The position numbers and the translations under genes are program-made. Below, piece by piece: positions 37,385-46,139 of a DNA stretch of 64,000 nucleotides. How positions within the stretch are numbered: the first letter of the stretch is position 1; the number at the start of each line of letters is the position of its first letter. This DNA is from Phycisphaerae bacterium. GTDB lineage: Bacteria; Planctomycetota; Phycisphaerae; Sedimentisphaerales; SM23-30. The notes below the pieces were generated by a model. It made no database searches. It was given only the letters and a program-made list of their open reading frames with translations, and was not told the origin of the DNA. The stretch is taken from assembly GCA_016342495.1 (NCBI GenBank), contig JAEIOG010000012.1, positions 2,832 through 66,831 of the forward strand, written 5' to 3'.

Positions 37385-38383
37385 TTATTCAATTGTAAAC
37401 GCAGGACTTGAAGCCGGCATATCATAATATTTCAAAAGTTCATCATCCATACGACATACGATCATTTGGAACCCGCCCATTTCCTGAACGGTCAAAAATT
37501 CACCCGCTGCCGAACGAGCCATTTCAATGCCCTTTTCAGTCAGCATATTCTTACAATCGTTAAGAACAATATACTGTTCCATCAGAGTTGTAGAGCCTAC
37601 ACCATTAATCATAACCATAACCTTTTCGCCTTTTGCGATGCTCAAATCTTCAAGAAGAGCTGGCAGCATAAAAGCAACGGTTTCTTTTGCGGTTGGCAAT
37701 GGCATCTGACCAGAACCGGCTTCGCCGTGTTGGCCCATACCAATGATAACATCTTCTTCTGGAACTTCAGCTATGACCTGACCAGTCGATGGATGAGTCG
37801 CAGATGTTGCCGCTACAGCTAAGGTGGCCATATTGTCGGCTACTTTCTGAGCAATGCGGGTTACTTCTTCCAGATTTTCACCAGCTTCAGCGGCGGCACC
37901 GGCGATTTTGCAAACTAACAGGCAGCCAGCTAGACCGCGGCGTTCTTCTGGTTTTTCACGTGGACCGGTAGAAATATCTTCACAGGTCAAAACTTCGCTA
38001 ACCTTAATGCTTTCTTTTTCCGCCATCTGTTTGGCCATGTTGGCACTCATTACATCACCTGCGTGATTCAAAGTTATCAGCAATGTCCCAGCATCGCGTT
38101 TGGCTTTGCGAAGTGCCGCCAACAGCTTTGGAGGACCAGGAGCAGCAAAAATTTCGCCCGGTACACTGATGTCCAGCATCCCTTTACCAACAAAACCACT
38201 CAATGCAGGTTCGTGGCCGCAGCCACCTAAAGTAACTACCGCAACTTTATCTGCTGATTTAGAACTCTTCCGACAAACCAGGCCATCTTCAACGACGACT
38301 TTGTCTGCATTAGCCATCGCAAAACCCGATAGCAGTTCGCTAACTAAATTTTCCGGGGTATTAATAAATTTCTTCATTTTCAT
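37385..38383 (-). CDS. dhaK: Dihydroxyacetone kinase, substrate-binding subunit DhaK
   Basis: DAK1 signature KFINTPENLVSELL...TLGGCGHEPALSGFVGKGMLD. AAGGTG RBS. Confidence 0.88.
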   Translation of the reverse strand: MKMKKFINTPENLVSELLSGFAMANADKVVVEDGLVCRKSSKSADKVAVVTLGGCGHEPALSGFVGKGMLDISVPGEIFAAPGPPKLLAALRKAKRDAGTLLITLNHAGDVMSANMAKQMAEKESIKVSEVLTCEDISTGPREKPEERRGLAGCLLVCKIAGAAAEAGENLEEVTRIAQKVADNMATLAVAATSATHPSTGQVIAEVPEEDVIIGMGQHGEAGSGQMPLPTAKETVAFMLPALLEDLSIAKGEKVMVMINGVGSTTLMEQYIVLNDCKNMLTEKGIEMARSAAGEFLTVQEMGGFQMIVCRMDDELLKYYDMPASSPAFTIE

Positions 38384-38400
38384 AACTTCACCTTATTCCT

Positions 38401-38447
38401 GGGGTGGACTATGCCCACGCTAATAAAAACCGTCGCGAAGCGACACC
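38401..38447. repeat. Dispersed hairpin repeat, L-module copy L3 (dhaK leader)
   Basis: ggggtggactatgcccacgctaataaaaaccgtcgcgaagcgacacc, the same two-hairpin layout as L1. Confidence 0.65.
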
Positions 38448-38515
38448 TTAACTTTTCACTTTTAACTGTTAGTTTTTAACTTTCAAACTGGCATCAGTCA
38501 GTTTGAGTTATCTAA

Positions 38516-38833
38516 CTACTTTACCGGCGCCATAAACTCTATAACCGCCCCATCAATATTAACAAAAGCTATCTGTAATTCATCACTTATCGCAGTCGGT
38601 GGCAACAATACTTTTTTGCCTGCGATAGCAACATCAATATCATCAACTTTATAGGCGATATGGGGAATATTCTGAATATCTGCTGGCATCGTAGCACCTT
38701 CCTGAAAACGCAGATATTCAATTCGCAAAGGATGTTTTTCTGGGTCAGTCAGATACAGTTTCATATCTTCTGAGTACATTTCGTTTTCTTGAACAACAGT
38801 GGTTGGAACGCCAAAATGATGGAATTCAGCCAT
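38516..38833 (-). CDS. VOC/glyoxalase-family protein
   Basis: Start moved to MAEFHHFG (GAGGTG RBS with a 7-nt spacer). HHFG, HIAYKVDD and IEFM are metal-ligand-like positions. Confidence 0.6.
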   Translation of the reverse strand: MAEFHHFGVPTTVVQENEMYSEDMKLYLTDPEKHPLRIEYLRFQEGATMPADIQNIPHIAYKVDDIDVAIAGKKVLLPPTAISDELQIAFVNIDGAVIEFMAPVK

Positions 38834-39123
38834 AATCTTCACCTCTTTCATTAATGTTTTATTATCTTGCCAGTAAAATGCTCTTTTTGCGACAATTTCT
38901 GTCTGAAACACGCTTTTTTTTGAAAAACGATTATACCAGCAAAAAAAACCAATTTCAATAAAAGTATATAAAGTTTTTTTGCTACAGAGAAAACGTTTGT
39001 TTGATAGAAAAAACGGCTATATTTCATTTTATATTGTAGCCGACCGCCATATCCTTATTTACAACACTGATATAAGGATTAAATGCATCTAAGAAACCAA
39101 AAAACAATCCCCACATAAAAAAA

Positions 39124-39177
39124 CAACCCTCCCCAGAGCTGCCCCCCCAATCTAATAGATTAGATTTCCTTTATATT
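39124..39177. repeat. About 52-nt repeat, copy 1, related to the 3'UTR/terminator module at 43297-43350
   Basis: accctccccagagctgcccccccaatctaatagattagatttcctttatatt vs acccttcccagagctggcccccaaatctaatagattagatttcctttatatt. Contains the palindrome aatctaat-ag-attagatt. Confidence 0.7.
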
Positions 39178-39253
39178 AAGTCACAAAAACTAACCCTACA
39201 ACCCAAAAAAATAAGCCAGACAAGAAGACAGAACCCTGAGCCTGAGACCAGCA

Positions 39254-39478
39254 GGGTGGACAGCTTCTGCCCATGCTGATAAAATAGCAATGAGCAAAGC
39301 GAACACCGCAACCAACCAGTGTTCCAAACCCATTCCCATCAAAAGCAGAAACCAACGGAAAATCTATCCTGTCCAAAATAGTGCAATTTCAAGTTTGAGC
39401 CTAATTCACCATCGACCTGCTTCACAGGTCACTGCCACCCCGGTCATATATTAAACATCTGGTCGCGGGCACCCGACG
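39254..39478 (+). repeat. Composite repeat element, copy 1 (L-module L4 + R-module R1), about 225 bp
   Basis: Aligns along its length with 40227-40481: GCCCATGCTGATAAAAT, ATGAGCAAAGCGAACACC, CAACCAACCAG..., AAGTTTGAGCC, CACCATCGACCTGC-hairpin, TGCCACCCCGGTCATATATTA, GCGGGCACCCGACG. Confidence 0.75.
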
Positions 39479-39489
39479 ACCTAAACCAA

Positions 39490-39717
39490 TTAATAATCAT
39501 CATCTCGAAAATCTCTATCTTTTCTTGCTAATAAATATAGGATAAATCCAAGTAACACCAATAGCATTATGACTATTATTACTCCATAGACGACACCCAT
39601 CATATTTCCCCCACCCATAGTTTTGCTAATCTTGCTTCCTAACATACTTCCTATTACAAAAAGTGGTAATATTATAAGCCAAGGTCTTAATTGTTCAAGC
39701 ATTAGTATATACCTCAT
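39490..39717 (-). CDS. Small two-TM membrane protein
   Basis: 75 aa with two hydrophobic helices and a charged C-terminus (RKDRDFRDDDY). Confidence 0.45.
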   Translation of the reverse strand: MRYILMLEQLRPWLIILPLFVIGSMLGSKISKTMGGGNMMGVVYGVIIVIMLLVLLGFILYLLARKDRDFRDDDY

Positions 39718-39871
39718 CTTTGATTTGCATAATATAGAGAACCACCCAAAAAGCCACCGGCTCCTATCAGCCAGGTAGGGTAAATCATTTACCTACCCCG
39801 TTATCATGTTTTACCTCAACCGCAAACACGAAGCAGTCGGACCTACAAATACATCTACCAGCGATCGGTAG

Positions 39872-39920
39872 GGTGGGCCATGCCCACGCTGATAAGAATT
39901 ATATGAGCAAAGCGAATACC
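39872..39920 (+). repeat. Dispersed hairpin repeat, L-module copy L5
   Basis: gtgggc-cat-gcccac hairpin, then GCTGATAAGAATTATATGAGCAAAGCGAATACC. Confidence 0.7.
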
Positions 39921-40016
39921 TATAAATCACGCCTTTCACATTCAATATTATCCCCAAAATCTATATCATCAAGAAAATTTCAATCAAAATTATTATATAA
40001 CCCTTTCTCGCAAAAA

Positions 40017-40113
40017 CGCCGGGGGCCCGCAACTTGAAAATCTCAAAAAACAACCGGGGTGGCATTGACCCGCCGCAGGTGGGTCGATGGAGCAGTCGTC
40101 TCAGTCTTGAAAT
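40017..40113 (-). repeat. R-module copy in inverted orientation
   Basis: The reverse complement reads ttcaagactgag...ctccatcgacccacctgcggcgggtcaatgccaccccgg...gttgcgggcccccggcg, matching R1/R2. Confidence 0.7.
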
Positions 40114-40226
40114 AACTACCTCGGCCACAAATCTTTATCTATTTTTAGCGGTTCATCGGTTAAATCCATCCATGCTACCGCACTTGAATAATACCACTGC
40201 TATGGCAGCTCCACAAGTCACGTCCG

Positions 40227-40481
40227 ATGGGCAGCTACTCTGCCCATGCTGTTTAAAATTTTCATGAGCAACAGCGAATACCACAACCAACCAGCGCGGC
40301 AAACACATTCCCACCGCCAGCAGAATTTCAAACAGTCACCAACCAAAACCAACAGAAAATCCTGCTAATCATGTCAATGAAATGCAATTTTAAGTTTGAG
40401 CCTACATCACCATCGACCTGCTGCGCAGGGCAATGCCACCCCGGTCATATATTATCATTTTCAGGTTGCGGGCACCCGGCG
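40227..40481 (+). repeat. Composite repeat element, copy 2 (L6 + R2), about 255 bp
   Basis: See copy 1. The hairpin is atgggcag-ctact-ctgcccat. Confidence 0.75.
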
Positions 40482-40661
40482 TCTTTTGGCCCTCAGGTTG
40501 TCGCCGTCTTGTGGGTTGTCGGCGGCGATCAGTTCCAAGGCACGGCGCAGCAAGGCGGCGGCGCCGCGGGGACATTCGGCATCGAGGCAGGAGATTGCTT
40601 CGCGGCCGTATTCTTTAATTAACTTGGGCGTTCGGCCCGGCAATGTGTAATTATGCGACAT
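40482..40661 (-). pseudogene. N-terminal fragment of a DUF4145-like gene, truncated at the repeat element
   Basis: The ORF 40461-40661 starts MSHNYTLPGRTPKLIKEYGREAISCLDAECPRGAAALLRRALELI, a pattern I recognise from DUF4145 N-termini. Similarity stops where R2 begins. The patch is locally GC-rich. Confidence 0.35.
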
Positions 40662-40765
40662 GGGTTAAATATAGCCTCTCTGAGCGGTATTGTCAAGGCT
40701 CTTGTGGTTAGGTGAAAACAGTGTAAAGAAAAAGCCCGCCGATAACCGCCAACGGGCATGGGAAG

Positions 40766-41551
40766 CTATTCCGGCACGCACGCGGGATCGCCAGGACAAA
40801 TGGCTAGCCAATTACCGGCCATAATCGAGAAATCAAGCAAATCAAACTTGCAATCGTTATTAACGTCGCCGGGTAAATCGTAGTCGCAGTTATCGAGTAT
40901 CATACCCGCTGCAACAGGGTCAAAACCGGCAGGGAATGTTGTGTTGGCATTATATTTGGCTCCGGAAAAGTCGGTGTTGGATAAGTAGGCGTTGGACAAG
41001 CTGGCATTTCGCAAGTTGGCGTAGCTAAAGTCGGCGTAGTACAAGATGGCGTAGGAAAAGTTGACGTATTGCAAGTTGGCGTATTGCAAGTTGGAGCTGG
41101 ACAAGTTGACGTGGATCAAGTCGGCGTTGGACAAGTTGGCGTTGGTCAAAATGGCGGAAGGCAACTGGGCTCTCTCCAAGTCGGCATAGCGCAAGTCGGC
41201 GCCGGACAAATTAACTTCGGACAAGTTAGCTTCGGACAAGTTAGCGTAGTACAAGTTGGCGTTGGTCAAAATGGCGGTAAGCAACTGGGCGTAGGACAGG
41301 TTGGCCTTGTACAAGTAGGCGTAGGTAAAGTTGGCGTAGGTCAACTGGGCGTAGGTCAAGTTGACCCTATACAATTCGGCGTAGGAAAAGTTGACGTCGA
41401 ACAAGTTGGCGTTGGACAAGTTGGCATTGGGCCAGTTAACCCCAGGCCCCGGCGTCTTATCTGATATCTTATTACCAAAAATATCATAAATAGCTCCATT
41501 TGCCGACGCAGCGAACAGACAAACCAACACACATATTATCATTATTTTCAT
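40766..41551 (-). CDS. Secreted pentapeptide-repeat protein with a dockerin-like C-terminus
   Basis: Start moved to MKIMIICVLVCLFAASANG (signal peptide). Long A(N/D)LxY-type pentapeptide array (ANLSNANLFDVNFSYAELYRVNLTYAQL...). C-terminal DVNNDCKFDLLDFSIMAGNWL. Confidence 0.8.
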   Translation of the reverse strand: MKIMIICVLVCLFAASANGAIYDIFGNKISDKTPGPGVNWPNANLSNANLFDVNFSYAELYRVNLTYAQLTYANFTYAYLYKANLSYAQLLTAILTNANLYYANLSEANLSEVNLSGADLRYADLERAQLPSAILTNANLSNADLIHVNLSSSNLQYANLQYVNFSYAILYYADFSYANLRNASLSNAYLSNTDFSGAKYNANTTFPAGFDPVAAGMILDNCDYDLPGDVNNDCKFDLLDFSIMAGNWLAICPGDPACVPE

Positions 41552-41803
41552 AGCTCTTTGCTCATTTGAGCCACTTGCAAAACCCTCCGAAACGCAACAG
41601 GACAGCCCTGTCACTGACCTTTCGGAAAGATTCACTATTCATGCTCTTACGTAGCGAAAACACCGTCAATTGTCAATCCTAAAATTCGTTTTTTTTTTGA
41701 AAAAACCATAACCTCATTATTTATAGGTTATTATGTTCTTTTAATGTGGTATCATACCTGTAATAACTAATATGAAGTTACCCATATTCAGGAGGCAAAT
41801 GGT

Positions 41804-42000
41804 ATGTCCGCAATGGAAAATCTTGGCAGTCTGTGGAACAACATCCAAGCATGGCTCTTTCCGATGTTAGAAGACGAGTTGGGCGAACTCGATAAGAAGC
41901 ACCGGGAATTCATTGCCGTTTGCGAGTTTTGCTCGCCGCGGGCCTATCTGGAGTCCTACCGTTGGGTGGGCAATGGCTGTCCACCCGCCAGTCAGGTAGG
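41804..42000 (+). pseudogene. N-terminal fragment of a DDE transposase (IS4/IS5-like), truncated
   Basis: LWNNIQAWLFPMLEDELGELDKKHREFIAVCEF...WVGNGCPPASQ resembles transposase N-termini (LFP.LEEELGPL...G.GRPP). The ORF ends inside repeat copy L7 and no DDE domain follows. Confidence 0.4.
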
Positions 42001-42037
42001 ATGGGTAAAACTTGTTTTGCCCATGCTGTAAAATATT
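42001..42037 (+). repeat. Dispersed hairpin repeat, L-module copy L7
   Basis: atgggtaaaac-ttg-ttttgcccat hairpin followed by GCTGTAAAATATT. Confidence 0.65.
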
Positions 42038-42047
42038 AAGAGCGGTA

Positions 42048-42815
42048 ATGTTTTTACTGACAATTTTAGTCGTTGGCGTTGCTATTTGGGGTTGGCGGTA
42101 TACGGGCGACCTCAAATATGACAATCGCGTGTATGTATTTGGAATATATCACCTCATTGGTTGTCCTCTGTTAGCAGGTCTGATCGGTGTTGTATTGCCA
42201 TCTATCTACAAAAAACATTGTAAAACTTTTCTTGGTATATTGCTGCTTATCACTTTTTGCTTTTCCAGCATTATATTTCTTGCAAGTAATGATGCCATCC
42301 GCAGACGAAATGGGTTCGATAGTGACGCCCGTATACAATTGGGTTATCTTCATCGTAATTTATTTGACTATATGCACTGCGATGGGAAGATTCCAAGCAC
42401 AGATAATTGGTATGAACAATTAAAGAAGGTGGCCCCGAAAGATGATATGTGGCAATTAAGGGATGAAAATAATTTTGTGTTAAATGTCAATATTGTAGGT
42501 AAAAGTATTCAGGATATACCCGGTAATGTTATTTTACTCATTGAATGTGATAAAAATATGGCAGCTTATGGTGGGCGTGAACTATTAGATATCGAACGCA
42601 AAAAAGACAAGTATTTCACATATCAAAAAGACAGATTCATTTATTTATGTTTTATGGATGGGACAATCGCTAAATATCGTATTGCCGATGGTGCTATTGC
42701 TGAGTTTAACATTAACGATGCTATATCCTCCCCTGATTATATCAACAAGGATGGTCATTCGCCTTACATAAAAGATTCGAAATATCTTCCGCTGCAATGG
42801 GGTAGCCCAAAATAG
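42048..42815 (+). CDS. Membrane-anchored hypothetical protein
   Basis: The first ATG (42048) gives MFLLTILVVGVAIWGW. Three or four N-terminal TM helices, then a soluble domain. The track start 42012 is an alternative start codon (TTG) inside repeat L7. Confidence 0.55.
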   Translation: MFLLTILVVGVAIWGWRYTGDLKYDNRVYVFGIYHLIGCPLLAGLIGVVLPSIYKKHCKTFLGILLLITFCFSSIIFLASNDAIRRRNGFDSDARIQLGYLHRNLFDYMHCDGKIPSTDNWYEQLKKVAPKDDMWQLRDENNFVLNVNIVGKSIQDIPGNVILLIECDKNMAAYGGRELLDIERKKDKYFTYQKDRFIYLCFMDGTIAKYRIADGAIAEFNINDAISSPDYINKDGHSPYIKDSKYLPLQWGSPK

Positions 42816-42863
42816 ACTACAAAAATAGAAAAATAGGGGACAGTCACCTATTTTAGTAGGTCC

Positions 42864-42900
42864 GATGAGCAACTACTTTGCCCATGCTGTTTAAAATACC
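42864..42900 (+). repeat. Dispersed hairpin repeat, L-module copy L8
   Basis: gatgagcaactactttgcccatgctgtttaaaatacc, nearly identical to the L6 core. Confidence 0.65.
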
Positions 42901-43144
42901 TTTCCTAACCAAGACTTTCCACTAATGGCACTATCGACAACGATAAACATTATCATAATGAATGTTTTATAAAATAACAATAATTATCTCAGAGGGTGGC
43001 ACCGCCAGCAAAAAAATCACAAAACCATTCAAATAATCATTATCTCCATCCCAATCAAATCCGCGAAAATCCGCTCAATCCGTCAAAATCCGTGTCCTAT
43101 TCTTATATCCCACCCCGCCACTAAAACTAATTCTCTTTAATTCA

Positions 43145-43242
43145 GCCGGGTGTCCGTGGTTTGCCTCAAATCTCGACATATATCTGGGGTGGCATCGGTC
43201 TGCGCTGCAGCCCGATGGTGAATCCGTCTCAAACTTAAAATC
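43145..43242 (-). repeat. R-module copy in inverted orientation
   Basis: The reverse complement reads aagtttgagacggattcaccatcgggctgcagcgcagaccgatgccacccc...cacggacacccggc. Confidence 0.7.
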
Positions 43243-43283
43243 CCCTTAAATTAACGCTCGCCACAGGTATGCTGATTGCTAAA

Positions 43284-43318
43284 TAAAAAAAAGGGCCAAC
43301 CCTTCCCAGAGCTGGCCC
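43284..43318 (-). terminator. Intrinsic terminator of the 43350-45215 gene
   Basis: Minus-strand RNA GGGCCAGC...GUUGGCCC (one G-U pair) followed by U8. Confidence 0.7.
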
Positions 43319-43349
43319 CCAAATCTAATAGATTAGATTTCCTTTATAT

Positions 43350-45215
43350 TCAATTGTTAACAACACCTAACAAGGGCAATTCATAGGTCGCCAATTTCTG
43401 TTCCAGCAATGCCACACCCTTCTTATTCATCTTCTCAGAAGTCTGAACAAAAATGGCATCTGCGGCATCAACCACACTGCCGCCATCCTGGTCATGCATA
43501 ATCGCCTTTAGTGCACTTGGACAATAAACCACGATGGTATCAAACTGGCGACGCAGTTTCAGCCAACCGATTGTCATGCCAGCCTTATCGGCGGCTTCAC
43601 CCCGAACAACTTTGCCCGCTGGCATAAAGCTCAAACCAGCCAGACTGGTCGCTGCATAAGTCTGTTCAGCTTCGATATCGCCCAAAATCCATTGGCGATA
43701 ACCTTTGTCAGTATCTACATCGAAAACTTCTGATAATTCATTATTTTCAGCTTCGATAATCAGTATGTTTTTTCCTTCTTTTGATAATGCAATAGCCAGG
43801 TTAACCGTTGAAACCGGGGAGCCATAGCCACTAATTAAAATAATCGGACTTACCGCAGAACCTAGCTTTAATACCTGTTTGGCCATGGTTTCATAGTCAC
43901 CCACCAAACCAGTTGGAATATCACCCTGCGGTGCCAAAGCCGCTCTGGGGCTAAGGCTTTTGCCCTTTTGCACCATATAAATTTTATTACCCATCGGGGC
44001 CAAAGTCCAACCCAGAGCCATCCCCAACAAGGTCAATACAATCAGTGCCATATATTGAATAATGCTAATTTGAGAATATGGGTTAAGCGGGCTTAAAGCC
44101 ATTTCCGGGCGAACAGCGTCGGTTAATCTGGCCAACTCTTCAATATCTGCCTGTTCTTCATCAAACTTGGCGACAGCTGTTTCGATTTCACCCTGCAGCG
44201 TATCACATTCCGCCTGAGCGTTTTCTTTTTGACCTTTGGCGGCGATTATAGAGCTTTCCAGACGTCGTATTTCCTGCTCTTTGGCAGTGCGAAGAATTTC
44301 AGTTTCTCTTTCATATTGTTGGCGAAGTTCATCAGCAAGCTTTTCTTTCAGTTCAGTAGCGATAGCCAAAATCTGTTCATCAATTTTACCTCTGGCAATA
44401 GTAAGCTCACGCCGTTCTACAGCAATTGTAGCTAAGAGCAGATTATCTTCTGCCTGGCCAGCTTTGATATCCAGCTCTGCCTGTCTATCGCGATATTCCT
44501 GCTGTTTTTTTAATAATTTCTTGGTATTTTTGTCATTATTAATGAGTTTCTGCACCGTCTGCTGAACATATCCCTGGTAAGCCAACCCATCCTTATTTTC
44601 AATAGCCTCGCCCAGCTTCAATGCTTCAGCGGCCAGCATTTCCTTAACGCCTTCTTGAAGCTCTACATACTTTTCCTGTCTTTGGACAAATTCAGTTTTA
44701 GCTTCCAACTGCCTTTTGCTCAGTTCGATTTGCCCCTGTCGCTGTTTTTGAATTTCCTGCTTGGCCAGCAGATTCTTCTGCATCCGGTTGGCATTGTCAT
44801 GATCCATGTAATGCAGCTTATAATTATCCAGCACCTCAATAAACTTTTGTTTCTGCTGAATAAATAAATCATTATAATGCCTCAAAAAACGATTTGGACT
44901 TTTGTCATAACGCACAGAAAACTGCATCGCGATATCCAATGCTCGCTCGGATGGATCAGGCTTGATTTTATAACTGACCTTCATTTCCGAATGCGACAGT
45001 TGACCATTGACAATTTCAGTTTCCAATGCCTGCTTTTCTTTTTCCAGAAATGCGTCCCAGTCCATACCTTCAGATTCGGCAAATGTCGCAGAAGTAGATA
45101 ATACCTCGTCACTAGCCATCAACCGGTCTATAATTGAATAACCCAAAAGTAATAATACTATGCCACACATAATGGCTATGATAAAACGTTTGATTCTGTT
45201 TAATGTTCCTATCAT
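43350..45215 (-). CDS. Polysaccharide co-polymerase (Wzz/GumC-like) with a degenerate BY-kinase-like C-terminal domain
   Basis: 621 aa. N-terminal TM, a long coiled-coil periplasmic region, a second TM, and a C-terminal ParA/MinD-like fold (ILISGYGSPVSTVNLAIALSKEGKNILIIEAE) that lacks the Walker A lysine. Confidence 0.7.
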   Translation of the reverse strand: MIGTLNRIKRFIIAIMCGIVLLLLGYSIIDRLMASDEVLSTSATFAESEGMDWDAFLEKEKQALETEIVNGQLSHSEMKVSYKIKPDPSERALDIAMQFSVRYDKSPNRFLRHYNDLFIQQKQKFIEVLDNYKLHYMDHDNANRMQKNLLAKQEIQKQRQGQIELSKRQLEAKTEFVQRQEKYVELQEGVKEMLAAEALKLGEAIENKDGLAYQGYVQQTVQKLINNDKNTKKLLKKQQEYRDRQAELDIKAGQAEDNLLLATIAVERRELTIARGKIDEQILAIATELKEKLADELRQQYERETEILRTAKEQEIRRLESSIIAAKGQKENAQAECDTLQGEIETAVAKFDEEQADIEELARLTDAVRPEMALSPLNPYSQISIIQYMALIVLTLLGMALGWTLAPMGNKIYMVQKGKSLSPRAALAPQGDIPTGLVGDYETMAKQVLKLGSAVSPIILISGYGSPVSTVNLAIALSKEGKNILIIEAENNELSEVFDVDTDKGYRQWILGDIEAEQTYAATSLAGLSFMPAGKVVRGEAADKAGMTIGWLKLRRQFDTIVVYCPSALKAIMHDQDGGSVVDAADAIFVQTSEKMNKKGVALLEQKLATYELPLLGVVNN

Positions 45216-45386
45216 TTTATTTTCTCACTTGATGATAACACTAATAATTGACAGCTTAGGCCCGATAATATGTACGTCATAGCCATTATAATACATTAAT
45301 TAGAATTATCCAACCCCACAAATTAACTATTATTGTAATTAATTCATTAAAACTGTTAATTTAGGTAAGATGATAGGTTTTGGTAA

Positions 45387-45974
45387 TTATTGGATTTGCT
45401 GTTGTTTGTGCCAAAGTATGTCTTCAGTTACGGTTTGATCCATAATCGCGGCAATGAAATCCATGCTGACTTGATATCGCACGGGATTATTAACAAAAGA
45501 AGTTGGCACTTCAGTTGGGGTTATGGGTGCTTCTGATTCTATAGGTAGGACCCGATCGAGAGTGGTATCACCAGCAGGCTCGTTTGCGGTAATTACGGGG
45601 ATAGATTCTGGGGTTTCGGGTGAAATTTGAGGTGAAAAAGTTGCATTTTCGGTAGATTTTGGTCGATTTTGTGCATTTTCGGGACTTTTCGTGCCCGAAA
45701 CTGGAGCGTTTTTGCCCTGATTTTCGGCTAAAATCTCCATATCCGCAACACTATTAAGATAGTCTCGTTCCTGCATCGAGACCAGTTCTTCATCGCTATC
45801 ATCGTTAATTTCATCATCTTGTTGCATATTCGATGGCTGGGCAAGTGGGTCATCTGCGGTTAGCTGACCCTGATTTTTCATTTGTTCCAGACATGCCAAC
45901 ATAAAATCACGGCGTGCCTGCTCGATTTCTTTTTGCAGTTTGCCAGCGCGTTGATTTTTGACATTATCTTGCAT
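45387..45974 (-). CDS. Hypothetical acidic / Pro-Thr-rich protein
   Basis: 195-aa ORF upstream of, and co-directional with, the co-polymerase gene. Composition suggests intrinsic disorder. Confidence 0.45.
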   Translation of the reverse strand: MQDNVKNQRAGKLQKEIEQARRDFMLACLEQMKNQGQLTADDPLAQPSNMQQDDEINDDSDEELVSMQERDYLNSVADMEILAENQGKNAPVSGTKSPENAQNRPKSTENATFSPQISPETPESIPVITANEPAGDTTLDRVLPIESEAPITPTEVPTSFVNNPVRYQVSMDFIAAIMDQTVTEDILWHKQQQIQ

Positions 45975-46139
45975 CTGTCCCCTCGGTTTTCAGCATAAAA
46001 ATCTAATAGTTATTTTTTTTTGAGCTTGTTTGGCCACTATTATAAAAAAATTTGCTCAAAAATACAATAGTTGATATAGTAAAGAGTTCATATTGGGCAT
46101 ATAAACAACGTAATTTGCCAAATTAATCAGGAATTTGCC

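Noticed and set aside
39176-39376. 66-aa minus-strand ORF.
   Set aside because: It lies entirely within the 52-nt repeat and composite repeat copy 1, so it is probably non-coding.
40371-40650. Three overlapping plus-strand ORFs with Arg/Gly/Ala-rich products.
   Set aside because: They run across repeat element R2 and the GC-rich patch. The composition is a GC artefact. The minus-strand reading (DUF4145-like fragment) is the only one with a recognisable pattern.
41069-41464. 131-aa plus-strand ORF (MQVGVLQVGAGQVDVDQVGVG...).
   Set aside because: It lies antisense within the pentapeptide-repeat gene. The periodic Q-V-G sequence is just the mirror of the 15-bp DNA periodicity.
36605-42900. Reading the L-module core (TGGGC-N-ATGCCCA(C/T)GCT) as sigma54 promoters.
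   Set aside because: Only some copies have GG and GC at the right spacing (L4, for example, does not). Orientation relative to downstream genes is inconsistent, and three copies lie inside an operon.
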